Positions 17,642 to 19,012 of a stretch of 19,012 bases of DNA are shown here, piece by piece (position 1 is the first letter of the stretch; each line of letters begins with the position of its first letter). The notes beneath the pieces are model-generated. The model did not search any database. It saw only the letters and a program-made list of their open reading frames with translations, and had not been told where the DNA came from. The DNA is from Oculatellaceae cyanobacterium bins.114. GTDB taxonomy: Bacteria; Cyanobacteriota; Cyanobacteriia; Elainellales; Elainellaceae. The position numbers and the translations under genes are program-made. The stretch is taken from contig JANRJA010000039.1 in NCBI GenBank assembly GCA_033764315.1, positions 1 to 19,012 on the forward strand. The letters run 5' to 3'.

Positions 17642-18385
17642 GTGATTGTTCATTTAACGGATTCTGGTTGGCAAGTTATTTATCACCGGGCTCATGCATT
17701 GCTGGCCGCCCAACTTGCAGGACATTGGCAGCGATCTAATGCGCCATTGCGGTTGTACGAAACTCTAGCAGCGATTTCTCACCACGATGATCTAGAACGG
17801 GAATGGGAGGGTGATCACTTAACCGAAGCAGGGGCACCCCTCGATTTCACGGTCACAACGCGATCGCCCGACGTCAATTCATCTATTCCTGTTTTATCTG
17901 ATTTAGTCACAGGTGCCCGTTATCGCGGACGTTGGGTGGCGATGCTGGTTTCGATGCACATCTATTTTCTCAATCAGGACAAGCATGGAACAACACCAGA
18001 GTGGGATCAGTTCTTGAATGAACAGATTCAGTATCAGGAGGAGTGGCGTAAAGGTTTAGGAATTGAAAAAGATGAAGCGGAACGAGCCTATCAATTTATG
18101 CGTTGGTGCGATCGCCTCTCGTTGATTTTGTCGCAAAACCAATTACCTGATGCTCAAAGGGCCTTAGAAATTACCTCTGGGATTGATGGTCAACGGTATG
18201 ATGTGAGACAGCTTGAAGACGAGAAAGTCACGGTTGAACCGTGGCCGTTTGAAGAAGAACAATTCACTGTGAATGTTGAAGCTTGTCATCTTTCTGATTT
18301 GAAATTTGAAAGTAATGAGGCTTTAACAAAAGCTCTTCAAGAAGCACCAATACAAGTGGTGGAATGGACTTTTGTTAAGCAATGA
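17642..18385 (+). CDS. DUF3891-family protein
   Basis: MIV...GWQVIYHRAHALLAAQLAGHW, AISHHDD, GAPLDF, SMH, WCDRLSL, VEPWPF; GTG 17642 is the likely start (ATG 17624 possible). Confidence 0.8.
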   Translation: MIVHLTDSGWQVIYHRAHALLAAQLAGHWQRSNAPLRLYETLAAISHHDDLEREWEGDHLTEAGAPLDFTVTTRSPDVNSSIPVLSDLVTGARYRGRWVAMLVSMHIYFLNQDKHGTTPEWDQFLNEQIQYQEEWRKGLGIEKDEAERAYQFMRWCDRLSLILSQNQLPDAQRALEITSGIDGQRYDVRQLEDEKVTVEPWPFEEEQFTVNVEACHLSDLKFESNEALTKALQEAPIQVVEWTFVKQ

Positions 18386-18408
18386 AGTATGAAGTTGAAG
18401 CATAAATT

Positions 18409-18581
18409 AACGTCAGTTCGGTTTAAGAGCCTGGCGAATAAATTCGCGGCTATCAGAACGAAGTTCGCCTTCGCGAACTACAGAAAATCAAGGGTTGAGT
18501 GAACCGACAAACCGACGCAGGTCGGTTTTGCTCCTGTAGTTGCGGTTTCAACCGCCAAAATCCTTATCTCGAATTCACGTT
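18409..18581. mobile_element. MITE-like element (173 bp)
   Basis: Imperfect terminal IRs AACGTCAGTTCGGTTTAAG / CTTATCTCGAATTCACGTT, flanked by AAATT direct repeats (18404-18408, 18582-18586); four internal hairpins. Confidence 0.75.
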
Positions 18582-18686
18582 AAATTAGCTCTATTTTTCT
18601 CTCTTTCTAAAATTGCTCAGCAGGTGGATGGACTCACTGTCAGATGCGTTTTTAACTCTGCTGAATACTTAAGCACACTCTGTTTA

Positions 18687-18729
18687 TATAGCAACCCGCC
18701 CATCTCACAACTGATTTAGGACTGCTATA
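18687..18729. repeat. Short TATAGCA...TGCTATA-bounded dispersed repeat
   Basis: TATAGCAACCC...GATTTAGGACTGCTATA with inverted ends. Confidence 0.5.
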
Positions 18730-18759
18730 GATTGAGCGAGGTTGAGTGAGTTAAACATC

Positions 18760-18878
18760 AATAGGTGGGTGAAATTAAATATAAGAGGATGTCAGTTGGA
18801 TCGAAGTGCGAAACCCAGTTTCTGGATGAATTATGCGATCGCCAGCTCATTCTACAAATAATTTCGCCTTCCTACTTA
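18760..18878. mobile_element. Second MITE-like element
   Basis: Imperfect IRs AATAGGTGGGTGAAATTA / TAATTTCGCCTTCCTACTT with an internal degenerate hairpin and a HIP1 site. Confidence 0.55.
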
Positions 18879-19012
18879 GAACCTATCCGAAAACGTCTCA
18901 ATGGGTGAGATGCTTTTAAGAAGGATGTTTCAGGGATTAACGAGCGATGTCCTTCACAGAGATCAACCCTGCCTATCGATTGCCAGATGAGGTATGGGAA
19001 CGGGTTCATCAT
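18879..19012 (+). mobile_element. Left end of a probable IS5-family element with transposase start at 18947
   Basis: TA|GAACCTATCCGAAAA IR-like end; ATG 18947 opens MSFTEINPAYRLPDEVWERVHH to the window edge, resembling the IS5-type L.D..WE.I N-terminus. Confidence 0.65.

Noticed and set aside
1-19012. High density of GCGATCGC
   Set aside because: This is the well-known cyanobacterial HIP1; used only as a marker of native versus foreign DNA

Overview
Cyanobacterial chromosomal window: about 30 HIP1 (GCGATCGC) octamers counted by eye, plus Uma2 genes and short dispersed repeats. Ordinary genes are rsmA-ispE, a SnoaL-like exported protein, three tandem TIGR00266/AIM24 genes followed by an M48 peptidase, an intact Uma2, a GlsB/YeaQ/YmgE membrane protein, htpX and a DUF3891 protein. 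Two accessory, probably defence-related blocks are interleaved. (1) An AT-rich AAA_14/DUF4143 ATPase-nuclease gene bracketed by two attC-like hairpins, with its own promoter overlapped by twin palindromic operators. (2) A minus-strand run of TIR-AAA_35 (single frameshift), AAA_35-transmembrane-coiled coil-TPR (with an AT-rich internal TPR block), a stand-alone papain-fold toxin, its putative immunity gene and a truncated nucleotidyltransferase. Several remnants are not called or are miscalled in the ORF track (two decayed Uma2 genes, an ABA4/DUF4281 fragment). The right end is a cluster of MITE-like repeats and the start of a probable IS5-family element. All family assignments come from motif recognition by eye, not database searches.
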